A stretch of DNA of 64,000 nt from Candidatus Aminicenantes bacterium (GCA_963702005.1 OY969696.1:1792001-1856000), one strand, 5' to 3'. Numbered from the stretch's first letter, positions 10,110-20,039 are shown. Translations and numbers: made by a program. Notes: generated from the sequence alone by a model not told the origin.

Positions 10110-11828
10110 ATGAACAGCGGTTTCAGGTCCTTCTTCTCAAATTTAAGGAAGAAGAGAATCATCGAAATCCTGGCCGCGTTCATCGCTGGCGGATGGCTCA
10201 TTATAGAGTTTGTCCACTTCATTTTGATAGGTCACTATCACTTTCCCGATAAAACTCTGGATGTAACGTTTATCACGCTTATCGGTGTCCTCCTGTGCAC
10301 GCTCATCTGGCGGTGGTTTTCAGGCCGCCGGAAGCCGAGAAAACTCAAGCTGGAGCTCATCCTTATCCCTCTGGTGCTCCTGATCATGGTTTTGTTGGAT
10401 ATCAATCTCCTTCTCCACTTGAAGGAACCCGAATCAGCGGCCATCCCCGCCCCCCAATGGAAGAACTCGATCGCCGTGCTTCCTTTCGTTGACACGAGCC
10501 CCCAGAAGGACCAGGACTGGTTCTGCGACGGCATCACCGATGAAATCATCACCCGGCTGAGCAATATCAGCGAGCTCAAGGTCGCGGCCAGGACCTCGGC
10601 CTTTTTCTTCAAAGGCAAAGAACAGGATATTCGAGAAATCGGGAAGAAGCTGGGCGTGACCACGGTGCTTGAGGGCAGTATTCAGAAGGTCGAATCGAGG
10701 CTTCGCGCCAGAGTGCAGCTGATCAACATTGCGGATGGCTTCCATCTCTGGTCGGAAGAATATGATCGTGAGCTGAAAGACATTTTTGCCATTCAGGATG
10801 ACATCGCCCAGAAGATCATGGACGTTCTTAAAATAAGGCTTCTGGGGGAAATGCGAACGCGACTGGTGAAACACTATACGGAAAACCGCGAGGTCTACAG
10901 CCTTTATCTAAAAGGGCGCTACTTTTGGAACAAAAGAGAAAAGGACGACAATTTAAGATCCATTGAATACTTCCAGGGCGCGATCGACAGAGATCCATCT
11001 TACGCGCTTGGCTATTCAGGCATGAGCTTGGCTTATGTTACGCTTGGATCCAATGATCATGTCCGTCCAAAAGAGGTTTTTCCAAAGGCAAAAGTGGCGG
11101 CCCTAAAAGCTTTGGCGATTGACCAAGAGTTGGATGAGGCTCATGTCGCCCTGGGTGGAGAATTGATGTGGTACGAGCGAGATTTTTCCAGAGCCGAGAA
11201 GGAATTCACAAGGGCCATTGATTTAAACCCTAACAATGGGGATGCTCATCACTGGTATGCATGGCTATTAATGAATATAGGCCGGAGTGAAGAAGCCATA
11301 AAGGAAGCGTTATTGGCTCGGGATCTGGATCCGTTTGCGCCTCGAATAAACGCTGATACGGCGTTCATGTTCTATTATACACGAGACTATCCCCGGGCGG
11401 TTGAAGAGCTTGAAAGGTCGATAGAGATGTTTCCTGAACATCTGGGTAATTATTTCAGGATAGCTCGGGTCTATTTAAAGATGGCCAAATATAAAGACGC
11501 CATCGAATCAATTATACGTTTTGCTGAGCAGCCAAATTTCGCTCCTACACTTGCTTATGCTTATGCTTTATCAGGAGAAAAAGATAAGGCCCAGGAGATT
11601 TTGAACAAAATATTAGAAAATCTCGGTCAACAATGGTATTCGCATGTCCAAATAGCCGAAGTTTATACGGCCCTGGGAGATAAAGAGCAGGCCTTTTCTT
11701 GGCTGGAAAGAGCTTTTGCTGAAAGCGATATGGCCTTACCCTATTTAAAGATAAAACCTGAGTTCGATCCCCTTCGCTCAGACCCGCGCTTCACCGAACT
11801 TCTTAGGAGAGCCGGCCTTGAAAAATAA
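10110..11828 (+). CDS. Paralogous TolB-like/TPR protein
   Basis: Same architecture as the upstream gene; ends with FDPLRSDPRF.ELLRR.GL. Confidence 0.9.
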   Translation: MNSGFRSFFSNLRKKRIIEILAAFIAGGWLIIEFVHFILIGHYHFPDKTLDVTFITLIGVLLCTLIWRWFSGRRKPRKLKLELILIPLVLLIMVLLDINLLLHLKEPESAAIPAPQWKNSIAVLPFVDTSPQKDQDWFCDGITDEIITRLSNISELKVAARTSAFFFKGKEQDIREIGKKLGVTTVLEGSIQKVESRLRARVQLINIADGFHLWSEEYDRELKDIFAIQDDIAQKIMDVLKIRLLGEMRTRLVKHYTENREVYSLYLKGRYFWNKREKDDNLRSIEYFQGAIDRDPSYALGYSGMSLAYVTLGSNDHVRPKEVFPKAKVAALKALAIDQELDEAHVALGGELMWYERDFSRAEKEFTRAIDLNPNNGDAHHWYAWLLMNIGRSEEAIKEALLARDLDPFAPRINADTAFMFYYTRDYPRAVEELERSIEMFPEHLGNYFRIARVYLKMAKYKDAIESIIRFAEQPNFAPTLAYAYALSGEKDKAQEILNKILENLGQQWYSHVQIAEVYTALGDKEQAFSWLERAFAESDMALPYLKIKPEFDPLRSDPRFTELLRRAGLEK

Positions 11829-11865
11829 CCCGTGGTTCTCGGCCATCAGATTTTGTTACGCATTT

Positions 11866-11977
11866 GTGACCCGTTCGCCGACGCCAAGCCCCGCCTTTCA
11901 AGGCGGGGATGAGAGCGAGGCTCAGGGTTAATCATAAACAAGCCCCGGCCTTCAGGCCGGGGAGTCGATGATTTGAC
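11866..11977 (+). mobile_element. Non-coding TGAC-bounded hairpin element, copy A
   Basis: GTGAC|CCGTTCGCCGACGC-CAAG-CCCCGCCTTTCAAGGCGGGG...GAGGCTCAGGGTTA...CAAG-CCCCGGCCTTCAGGCCGGGG-AGTCGATGATTTGAC; homologous to four other copies. Confidence 0.75.
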
Positions 11978-12055
11978 ACGGGGATGGGTTTATGCAAAAA
12001 ATATCGAAAGCCATATATATTGATTAATGAAAATAAAAAGTGAGATAAAAAGGGC

Positions 12056-12796
12056 ATGAGAAATGAAAACCAACCCGATCCTGCTATTTTAAAGAAAAAA
12101 CTGGATATCAAGCTTCCGCTCATCGGATTTTATGATGCGCCCGATCCGGCCATATTCGAACCCCTCGTCACGCCCAAGAAAAACGACTGCGTCTTCTCAT
12201 TCTACAAGAACTGGCTTCAAGGCGAGACTCTCTCCAGCACCAGGGAGAGTTACGGCTGCGGCGGCGCCGGCAGTTGCTTATGGGGAATCCAGGCCAGGTC
12301 GAGAAAGGAGTTCATCAAGTTCCTTGCCGATGATGAAGGTCTCAAGGTCTCGGGCGAGCTTATGGAGAGATTCATCGATTCGACAACGTCCTACCGAGCC
12401 GAGAACGCCCACATTTTCATCGGGCCGCTCAAGGAGGAAGGCTGGCCATACGTCAAGACAATCACTTTTCTTGTCAACCCTGATCAGCTAAGCGCTTTGA
12501 TGATCGGCGCGCAGTATCACAGCGCCCCCGAGGACCCGCCTCCAGTATTAGCGCCCTTTGGCTCAGGCTGTCGCGAGCTCATCCCTTTCAAGGACTTCAA
12601 TGGGCCTCAGGCTTCGATCGGCGCGACTGACATCGCCATGCGTCAACACTTACCACCTGACATCCTCGCATTTACCGTCACCAAGCCGATGCTCAGCCGG
12701 CTCTGTAAACTCGACGAAAGAAGCTTCCTCTACAAGCCTTTTCTGCTACGTCTCCAGAAAGCTCGCGGCGCCACGCTCTTTCGCGATCCAACGTAA
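12056..12796 (+). CDS. DUF169-like protein
   Basis: Cys motifs (DCVF, YGCGGA, FGSGC), VNPDQLSAL, IGATDIAMR. Confidence 0.7.
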   Translation: MRNENQPDPAILKKKLDIKLPLIGFYDAPDPAIFEPLVTPKKNDCVFSFYKNWLQGETLSSTRESYGCGGAGSCLWGIQARSRKEFIKFLADDEGLKVSGELMERFIDSTTSYRAENAHIFIGPLKEEGWPYVKTITFLVNPDQLSALMIGAQYHSAPEDPPPVLAPFGSGCRELIPFKDFNGPQASIGATDIAMRQHLPPDILAFTVTKPMLSRLCKLDERSFLYKPFLLRLQKARGATLFRDPT

Positions 12797-13012
12797 GGCT
12801 CGCCTCCCGCTGTTTTTAGCTCGAGTTGACTTCCTCTGTTCTTATAATCTATTATCCATGACGATGAGACGTAGCAAAATCAGCGCCTAAATTATCACTT
12901 AGCCAGCGCAGAGGAAAAGGAATTTTCTCTAAATCGGATCAGTAAGAACCAGGCGATTCAGCGCCGGTTTCCCCTCAAGGAGGGGGGAGGGCGCGGTCCG
13001 AAAGGAGGGACC

Positions 13013-13798
13013 ATGAACGGGAAAGCTTCTTTTGGTTGGGCATTGGGGTGCGGTATCTTGATGCTCTCGGCCCTGGCGGCCGGCGCGACCACCACGGCCA
13101 AGCCGGACCTGACCATCTCCTCCATATCGGCAGAGCAGCTGGAGACCACGCTCGTGCCGCTCCGCTTCAAGGTCACCGTGGAGGTCAAAAACCAGGGTCA
13201 AGCCTACGCCCAGCATTTCAACTGCCGCCTGTTCTACCGTCTCTCCAGCTCCGCTCCCTGGCAGGAACTCGACACCTGGCACCGGGACGGGCTGAACCTC
13301 AGCCAGACCTTCAGCCACGTGACCCAGAGGGACGTCACGGCGGGCGGCACCTATTACTTTAAGGCCGAGGCGGACTGCGACCAGGAGCTGAGCGAGAGCT
13401 CCGAAGGCAATAACATCCGATACTATTCCAAGAGCTTCACGGCCGGCACGCCGGACCTGACCGTGGAGAACCTGACCGCCTCGACGGTCAACGTTTATTC
13501 CAGCGGAAGCTGGGCCGTCAAATCCGAATGGGATGTGAAGAATATCGGCGACGGCAAGGCCTCCAGTTCCTTCGTCGTCCTCCTTCGGGTGTATAAAGAT
13601 AGCGACTCGGCGGGGGCCGACCTACAAAGCTACACTCGCTACAGCCTGGACAAAGGTGCAAGTATCCATTTTTCAAGGACGACGACGTTCTCCAACATCA
13701 ACGCGGTGCATTTTAAGGTGATCGCCGATTCAACCGGCAAGATCTATGAAAAATCGGAGAGCAATAACAGCGCGACCTCTAACACGCTTACAAAGTAG
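13013..13798 (+). CDS. Secreted protein with two CARDB domains
   Basis: Signal peptide; two PDLT...V.N.G...ES.E.NN repeats. Confidence 0.8.
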   Translation: MNGKASFGWALGCGILMLSALAAGATTTAKPDLTISSISAEQLETTLVPLRFKVTVEVKNQGQAYAQHFNCRLFYRLSSSAPWQELDTWHRDGLNLSQTFSHVTQRDVTAGGTYYFKAEADCDQELSESSEGNNIRYYSKSFTAGTPDLTVENLTASTVNVYSSGSWAVKSEWDVKNIGDGKASSSFVVLLRVYKDSDSAGADLQSYTRYSLDKGASIHFSRTTTFSNINAVHFKVIADSTGKIYEKSESNNSATSNTLTK

Positions 13799-14025
13799 AA
13801 GGGCGGGCGTCTGACCTCCCGTCGGGGGTCGTTCCGATTATTGCGAGACAGGACACTAGAAAGATTCTAGATGGTGCCCCGGCCGATCCTCCTAAAATGC
13901 GATGGCTTTTTGGCGAAAACCCTGATATACATACCCTCGGTAATTATCCGCCGGCAGGGAAGAGAAAGCTCTGCATAATCTTTGAGTTGCCGGAGAAAGA
14001 CGACTGAATCGGAGAGGAGGAAGAA

Positions 14026-14463
14026 ATGGGATTAAAGCGGAAGCAGATGCTAATGCGGCAAAAGGTATATTTCGAACAAGAACTGCAAAATCGGCTGTCT
14101 TTCCTATCCGGGAAGGGGATCGTGTCTCCCAAGGCCGATAAAGATACTCTCGTTAGAAAACTGCAGGCCAATATCCGGGCCATGAATAGAAGGCTGAGGC
14201 TGATTGCCGACAACGAAAAGAGAACGGAAGAAATAGCGAAGATTAAGGCGGAAAGGGCGGCAGCCCCCCTGAAAAAACAGGAAGGCGATAAAGCCGAGAA
14301 GCCTAAGAAAGCCCCCGAAGAGGGCAAGGAAAAAAGGATAAAGGCGGAAAAGAAAGCAGTCCCTCCGAAAGTGCAGGAAGGCGGCAAAGACCAGAAGACG
14401 ACGGAATCCCCCGAAGCAGGCAAGGCGACAACGAAAAAGAAAAGAGAAGAAACGAAGTCATAG
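14026..14463 (+). CDS. Lys/Glu-rich hypothetical protein
   Basis: GAGGAGG RBS; 145-aa charged ORF. Confidence 0.65.
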   Translation: MGLKRKQMLMRQKVYFEQELQNRLSFLSGKGIVSPKADKDTLVRKLQANIRAMNRRLRLIADNEKRTEEIAKIKAERAAAPLKKQEGDKAEKPKKAPEEGKEKRIKAEKKAVPPKVQEGGKDQKTTESPEAGKATTKKKREETKS

Positions 14464-14967
14464 CTCTCCCTTTTTATCCCCCCGCTGTGTAGATTAAACT
14501 TTGGGCTTCCTTGAGCAGCTTGCTTTGCGGTTCTACGGTGTTATGCTTGATGTGGGTTATAAATTTATATATTAAGCGCCGCCATGCCTAATATTGCTGA
14601 TGCTTGACAATATCAAAAACACTCATAAATAATATAAATATTGAAAGGGTGGTTAAGATAGTTAAGTCTAGGTTTTTCTTGACGCTTTTTTGGACTTTTT
14701 CAATTGGCCTGTTCGTCACGGTCGCTTTCAACATTTCATTGGGCTCTCAGATTAAAAGAACCTCACTGGCAGGCGTTGTTCGTTTCCCGAATGAGGAGTA
14801 TAGCGCGTGGCTAAAAGTACAGATGAATTCTTCTGCTACGAATGCCGACAAAGTCGCTTGTACGATTAATACTTTTTTCAACATAAAATACAAGAGTTGG
14901 GTGAGGTTGGAATTGCTGGATTTTGGATTTCTTTCGCGAACGCACTAAAAAGGGTTTTCATTTTCGC

Positions 14968-15006
14968 TTGACATTCAATTAAGATTCCTTACAATATAGG
15001 TAAGGA
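14968..15006 (+). promoter_or_regulatory. TA operon promoter with palindromic operator
   Basis: TTGACA-16 nt-TACAAT overlapped by the inverted repeat TCCTTAC-N7-GTAAGGA. Confidence 0.65.
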
Positions 15007-15024
15007 GTCGAATTGTTACATAAC

Positions 15025-15252
15025 ATGGATACCGCAAAGATCACATCTAAGGGCCAGATTACGATTCCCAAGAAAATCAGGGACAGGCTCGGCGTTGCCG
15101 AAGGGGAGAGGGTTTATTTTGTGGAAAAAGGCGGCCAGATGATCATAAAAAAAGCGGTGCCGAAGTCTCCCTTCGATCAATGGGTCGGGTATCTCAAGGC
15201 CAAAAAGGGACAGAAATCCGATGCGATCGTCGATGCGCTGAGGGGGAAATGA
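15025..15252 (+). CDS. AbrB/MazE/SpoVT-family antitoxin
   Basis: AKITSKGQITIPKKIRDRLG; ATGA overlap with the toxin gene. Confidence 0.9.
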   Translation: MDTAKITSKGQITIPKKIRDRLGVAEGERVYFVEKGGQMIIKKAVPKSPFDQWVGYLKAKKGQKSDAIVDALRGK

Positions 15253-15716
15253 TCGCGGCCGTCGATACCAATGTCCTGCTCGATATTCTCATCCCGGACG
15301 AGGAGCATGGGCCCGAATCGAAAGCCGTGCTAAACCGCTACAACGAGCAAGGCAGGCTCGTAATCTGCGAATCGGTTTTCGCCGAGTTGTCTTCTCAGTT
15401 TCCCAGTGAAGACGAGCTGCTTAGATTTCTCTCTCAGACGGGGATCAAGTTTATCCGGTCCGAGGAGAGGGCTTTGACTCGGGCCGGGAAGGCCTGGAAA
15501 GAATATTCAGCGCGGCGTCCGGATTCGCTGCTTTGCTCCTCATGCGGCAATCCGATTGTTGCTTCCTGCACTCGGTGCCGAACCCGTTTTAAACCGAGAC
15601 AACATATCATAAGCGATTTTCTTATCGGCGCTCATGCGCTCGTCCATGCGGAGATTCTCCTGACCCGAGATCGAGGATTCTATCGTACCTATTTCAAGGA
15701 CCTTAAAATCGGCTGA
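15249..15716 (+). CDS. PIN-domain (VapC-like) toxin with CxxC..CxxC insert
   Basis: VDTNVLLD, E, DFLIGAHA, LLTRD; CSSC-N6-CTRC. Confidence 0.9.
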   Translation: MIAAVDTNVLLDILIPDEEHGPESKAVLNRYNEQGRLVICESVFAELSSQFPSEDELLRFLSQTGIKFIRSEERALTRAGKAWKEYSARRPDSLLCSSCGNPIVASCTRCRTRFKPRQHIISDFLIGAHALVHAEILLTRDRGFYRTYFKDLKIG

Positions 15717-15829
15717 AGGTCGAAATGATCGCGCCGATGCCGATCCCGTTCCTTGATTCGTAATCCCGGCCGTGGTATAAAGTCTCCAGCGGAAGCTAAG
15801 GTTATCTCTCGACCTAAGGAGGATCGGCC

Positions 15830-16849
15830 ATGTTTAAAAACGGCATGGCCGACATGAGGACTGCCATTACCCTCAAGCCGCTCCGGATAGGCCCGGTTGA
15901 GGTCGAATTCCCGGTCATGCTGGCCAGCCTGGCCGGCTACAGCGATCTGCCCTACCGTTTGATTTGCCGTTCGACGGGGGCGCCTTTCTGTACGACCGAG
16001 GCCATGCTGGACAGGCAGGCCATTATCGAGGCCAGGCTCCGCCGAGGGATCATCAAGCGGGATCCGGCCGACCGCCCCTTAGCGGGGCAGATCATGGGGA
16101 GCGATCCCAAGGTCATGGCCGAGGCCGCCGTTGCGCTTCGGGACATGGATTTCGACGTCATCGACCTCAACTTCGCCTGCCCGGTCAAGAAGGTCCTGAG
16201 CCGGAAGCGGGGAGGGTATCTGATGGGGGAGCCGTATCTCGCCGTCGAAATCGTCGAGGCCGTCCTGGCCGCCGTTCCGGACCGTCCGGTCACGGTCAAG
16301 TTAAGGCGGTCGTTCAAGGAGACGGATAAGGACAATCAGGCCTTTTGGACGATCGCCCGGGCCGCCTTCGAAGCCGGAGCGGCCGGCATCTGCGTCCATG
16401 CCCGGAGCGTCGATCAGAAATACCAGGGGCGGGCGGATTGGGCTTTCTTGTCCGAGGTCAAGCGCGAGTTCTCGGACAGGACGGTCATCGGGTCTGGGGA
16501 TATCCTGGTCGCGGAGGACGCGCTGCGGATGCTCGAGGAAACGGGCGTCGATGGGGTTACGGCCGCGCGGGGCGCGATCGGAAATCCCTGGATCTTCCGC
16601 CAGGTCCGCGATCTGGCCGCCGGCCGAGCCCCTTTTCATCCCTCGCTCGTCGAACAGCGGGAGCTCATCGAACGCCACTTCCGGCTGGCTTCGGAAACGT
16701 TCGGTCCGGATCGGGCCCTCAGGATCATGCGCTACTTCGGGATCCGCTATTCGCGGATGCACACCCATCCGGCTAAAGTCCGGAACGCCTTCGTCGTCGT
16801 CAAATCCGCGCGGGATTGGCAATCCGTCGTTGATACGTTCTATAGTTGA
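15830..16849 (+). CDS. dusB: tRNA-dihydrouridine synthase (DusB-like)
   Basis: LAGYSD.PYR, IDLNFACP, VHARS, GSGDI, ARGAIGNPWIF. Confidence 0.85.
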   Translation: MFKNGMADMRTAITLKPLRIGPVEVEFPVMLASLAGYSDLPYRLICRSTGAPFCTTEAMLDRQAIIEARLRRGIIKRDPADRPLAGQIMGSDPKVMAEAAVALRDMDFDVIDLNFACPVKKVLSRKRGGYLMGEPYLAVEIVEAVLAAVPDRPVTVKLRRSFKETDKDNQAFWTIARAAFEAGAAGICVHARSVDQKYQGRADWAFLSEVKREFSDRTVIGSGDILVAEDALRMLEETGVDGVTAARGAIGNPWIFRQVRDLAAGRAPFHPSLVEQRELIERHFRLASETFGPDRALRIMRYFGIRYSRMHTHPAKVRNAFVVVKSARDWQSVVDTFYS

Positions 16850-17005
16850 GCGGGCACCTTAATATCGAGGACGGCTCGGCACCAGGCCGTGAAGAGAGTC
16901 GTATGAGAGCCCGAGCGTATAAAGATGTTTATGGGGGAACAGGCGAAGTTGATGGGGTGGAGAAGGCCGTCGAAGGGTCGAGCGGGCGTCGAAATCAAAC
17001 CGGGT

Positions 17006-17161
17006 AAGGGCTCGGGATAGTCGATGAAGAAGGCCGTATGAGAGGCGGAGCGGGCAGGGTCCGCAGAGCGAAGCGACCGCGGGAGCGGAGCCTCGAATCG
17101 AGTGAAGCTTTCCTCGCTGGGGAAAGCGAACGCGCCTTCGAATCGACTATCCCGAGCCCTT
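17006..17161. repeat. 156-bp element with perfect 20-bp terminal inverted repeats
   Basis: AAGGGCTCGGGATAGTCGAT (17006-17025) / ATCGACTATCCCGAGCCCTT (17142-17161), plus internal hairpins. Confidence 0.75.
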
Positions 17162-17167
17162 GCTCCT

Positions 17168-18490
17168 TTAAGCGCCGGAGACCACGACGTCCTTGAATAC
17201 TAAGCTGGGGAACTTCTGTCCGGAGTAGGGATAGGGGTCGTTGGCGACCTCGACCAGCCGCTGCCAGATCTTGAGGTGGTTGTCGGCGATGTTCATCTCG
17301 GACACGGCCTGGACCGGGATGCCGTTCTCGAAGAGCCGGCCGACAATCCCGATCGAGGTGTCGCCCGTCGTCGAGTTCGAGTTGCCGCCGATGAACCCCG
17401 TGATCAGGATCCCGCGGCCGAGGTCCTTCATGATCTCGGCGACCGAGCGCTTGCCGGGCGGGATGAGCAGGTTCGAGGGGCCGCCCGTGGTCGGCTCCCA
17501 GCCCAGCTTCCGGCTGTAGTACCAGTCGAGGTAGAACTCTTTGAGGACGCCCGCTTCGAGCATGACCCGCTTTTTGGCGGCGAAGCCGTCGCCGTCGAAC
17601 AAACGGCTCGATAGCCCTCTCTTGATCAAGGGATCGTCGACGAGAGTCAGAAGTCCGCTCGCCACTTTCTGGCCCTTCTTGTCGGCCAGGAACGACTGCT
17701 TTTGCTGGATGGCGCGGCCGAACATGGCCTGGAGGAATCCCCCCCCGAACCGGCCGACGGACCGGTTTTCGATGATGACCGGGAGCGTCTCGGTCTTGAG
17801 CTTCTTCCCCCCGAACAGGGCCAGCGTCCGGAGGGCCGCCTCAGCCCCGATCTCCTCGGGCTTGGGGAGATCCCGGCGATGAAGGGCCACGGCCGCGGCG
17901 TATTCGGCCGGCCTACGGTCCCCCTCGTCCCGGCCCGTCATCTCGGCCGTGCCCACGAAATAAGTGGCTTCCGAATAACCGTCGAAGCCGTTCGAAGTCA
18001 TGAGGACGGACTCGCTGTAGCCGTCGGTCGATCCGGCGGTGACCGATATGACCTTTTCCCCGCCCTTGGCCAGGCAGGCGTCCTCGATCGCTTTGACGAA
18101 GGCGTGCCGCGATTCCGGCGTCCAATTCTTGTAGCTCGGATCGACGAACTCCAGGTCGAGATCCTGCCGTCCCTGGTAGTATTTCGGATCGGGAAGGGTT
18201 CGGAAGGGGTCCTCGGCCAGGAGCTTGGTCTGGGCGACGGCCCGGCCGATGAAGTCCTTAAGGGCGTCCTTTCTCAAGTCCGATGTGCTCATGCTCGAAT
18301 AGCGGCCGTTGACGAAGATCTCGAGGGAGAGCGATTTCGTCGAGGCCTCCTTGATGTTCTCGGGCTTGCGCTCCCGGTAGCTGATCTCAACCGTCCGTTC
18401 GCCATCGATCCCGATCCGGCAGGCGTCCGCCCCGGCCGCCTTGGCCGTCTGGATTCCCCAGCCCGCGAGGTCGTACAACTCCTGTTTCAT
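17168..18490 (-). CDS. pmbA: PmbA/TldE family protein
   Basis: FDGDG motif, GGNSNSTTGD.S, adjacent to tldD, no HExxxH. Confidence 0.85.
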   Translation of the reverse strand: MKQELYDLAGWGIQTAKAAGADACRIGIDGERTVEISYRERKPENIKEASTKSLSLEIFVNGRYSSMSTSDLRKDALKDFIGRAVAQTKLLAEDPFRTLPDPKYYQGRQDLDLEFVDPSYKNWTPESRHAFVKAIEDACLAKGGEKVISVTAGSTDGYSESVLMTSNGFDGYSEATYFVGTAEMTGRDEGDRRPAEYAAAVALHRRDLPKPEEIGAEAALRTLALFGGKKLKTETLPVIIENRSVGRFGGGFLQAMFGRAIQQKQSFLADKKGQKVASGLLTLVDDPLIKRGLSSRLFDGDGFAAKKRVMLEAGVLKEFYLDWYYSRKLGWEPTTGGPSNLLIPPGKRSVAEIMKDLGRGILITGFIGGNSNSTTGDTSIGIVGRLFENGIPVQAVSEMNIADNHLKIWQRLVEVANDPYPYSGQKFPSLVFKDVVVSGA

Positions 18491-18506
18491 CGTCCTTCTC
18501 CTTTCC

Positions 18507-20039
18507 TCAACCCCGGGTCCCGCCGACGGTCAGCGATTTGATCAGGCAGGTCGGCTGGCCGAAACCGACGGGCGCGGCCTGTCCGTCCTTGCCGCAGGCG
18601 CCGGTTCCGCCCCGGTGGAGTTCGAAGTCGTTGGCGACCATGATCGTATTCGCCAGCATCTTGGGCCCGTTCCCCATGATGTTGATGTCCTTGATCGGGG
18701 CGCCCAGCTTTCCATTTTCGATCATCCGGCCCTGGGAGACGTAAAAGGCGAAGTCGCCCTCTCCGATCTTGACCTGGCCGTTGCTGACGTCCTGGACGTA
18801 GATCCCGTTGCCGGCGGCCTTGATAACTTCTGCGGGCGTCGCCGGCCCCGCCAGCATATAGGTGTTTCTCATGCGCGGGATGGGATAATACTGGTAACTC
18901 TGGCGGCGGCCGTTCCCGGTCGGCTTGACGCCGTAAAACTTGGCCGAGATCTTGTCGTGAATATAGCTGGTCAGGATGCCTTTGTCGACGAGGACGGTCT
19001 TCTGTCCGGGCGTGCCTTCGTCGTCGACGTTGATCGAGCCGAGCAGGTTGGGCAGGGTTCCGTCGTCGACGATGGTCACGAACGGCTCGGCGACCTTCTT
19101 CCCGATCATCGTGCTGAAGGTCGAGATATTCTTCCGGTTGAAGTCGGCCTCCATGCCGTGCCCGATCGCCTCGTGGAGGAGGATGCCGGTGATGCCGGGG
19201 CCGAGGACGACCGGCATTTCGCCGGCCGGCGGTTGGACGGCGTCGAACAGGACCAGGGTCCGATCGGTGGCCGTCTTGGCGATCTCATCGACGATGGCGG
19301 GCGTGAAATAAGAGAAGTCCCGGCGGCCGCCGAAGTTCCAGCCGGCCCGCTCGCGCTTGCCGTTTTTCTCGGCGACAACGCCCGCGGCCAGATAGGTTCG
19401 GGGCAGGAGGTCCTCGGCCTTGACGCCGTCGCTGGTGACGATGAGGATGCGCTTCTGCTGGTCATGGAACTGGGCGGTGACCTTGACGACGAGCGGGGAG
19501 AGAGCGAAGCAGCGATCGTTGACGGTCTGGACGAGGGGGAGCTTGCGCTCGATCGGGATGGCCGTGAACAGGGTTTTAAGCGGGTAATAGTCGGCCGTCT
19601 TGAGCTGGGTGTAGTCCCGGGCCGGGTTTTTAGCGGCCCCGCTGGCGATGGTCGCGGCGGTTGCGGCCGCGGCCAGCATCGACTTTTCCCCGAGTTCTTG
19701 GGTGAAGCCGTAGCCGACCTGGTCGCCCTTGACGGTCCGGATGCCCACGCCCAGGGCGATGTCGCTGTAGGCCCGGTTGACCTTGCCGTCCTCGAGGATC
19801 AGATAATTGCTGATGGTATGCTCGAAATAGAGGTCGGCATAGTCGCCGCCCTTGGCGAGGGCTTCGGCCAGGACCTTGCGGCAGACGGCGTCCGTGATGC
19901 CGAATTCCCGCTCGAAATAGCCTGGTGCGTCCGCCCCGGCTAAGGCATGCCAGCGCTTGTTGAGCACGGGGGCCGCGACCGATACGGCGGCCGCCGTGGC
20001 GCCGGTCTTTAGAAAAGAGCGCCGGCTGATCGTTTTCAT
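18507..20039 (-). CDS. tldD: TldD metalloprotease with Tat signal
   Basis: SRRSFLK; LLHEAIGHGMEAD; DDEG; PRMRNT; CGKDGQ. Confidence 0.92.
   Translation of the reverse strand: MKTISRRSFLKTGATAAAVSVAAPVLNKRWHALAGADAPGYFEREFGITDAVCRKVLAEALAKGGDYADLYFEHTISNYLILEDGKVNRAYSDIALGVGIRTVKGDQVGYGFTQELGEKSMLAAAATAATIASGAAKNPARDYTQLKTADYYPLKTLFTAIPIERKLPLVQTVNDRCFALSPLVVKVTAQFHDQQKRILIVTSDGVKAEDLLPRTYLAAGVVAEKNGKRERAGWNFGGRRDFSYFTPAIVDEIAKTATDRTLVLFDAVQPPAGEMPVVLGPGITGILLHEAIGHGMEADFNRKNISTFSTMIGKKVAEPFVTIVDDGTLPNLLGSINVDDEGTPGQKTVLVDKGILTSYIHDKISAKFYGVKPTGNGRRQSYQYYPIPRMRNTYMLAGPATPAEVIKAAGNGIYVQDVSNGQVKIGEGDFAFYVSQGRMIENGKLGAPIKDINIMGNGPKMLANTIMVANDFELHRGGTGACGKDGQAAPVGFGQPTCLIKSLTVGGTRG

Noticed and set aside
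13872-13890. tRNA 3'-end remnant (minus strand CGGCCGGGGCACCA)
   Set aside because: About 14 nt with no T-loop; cannot be told from chance.
14560-14950. AT-rich ORF 14604-14948
   Set aside because: TTG start, no RBS or motif; probably decayed foreign DNA.
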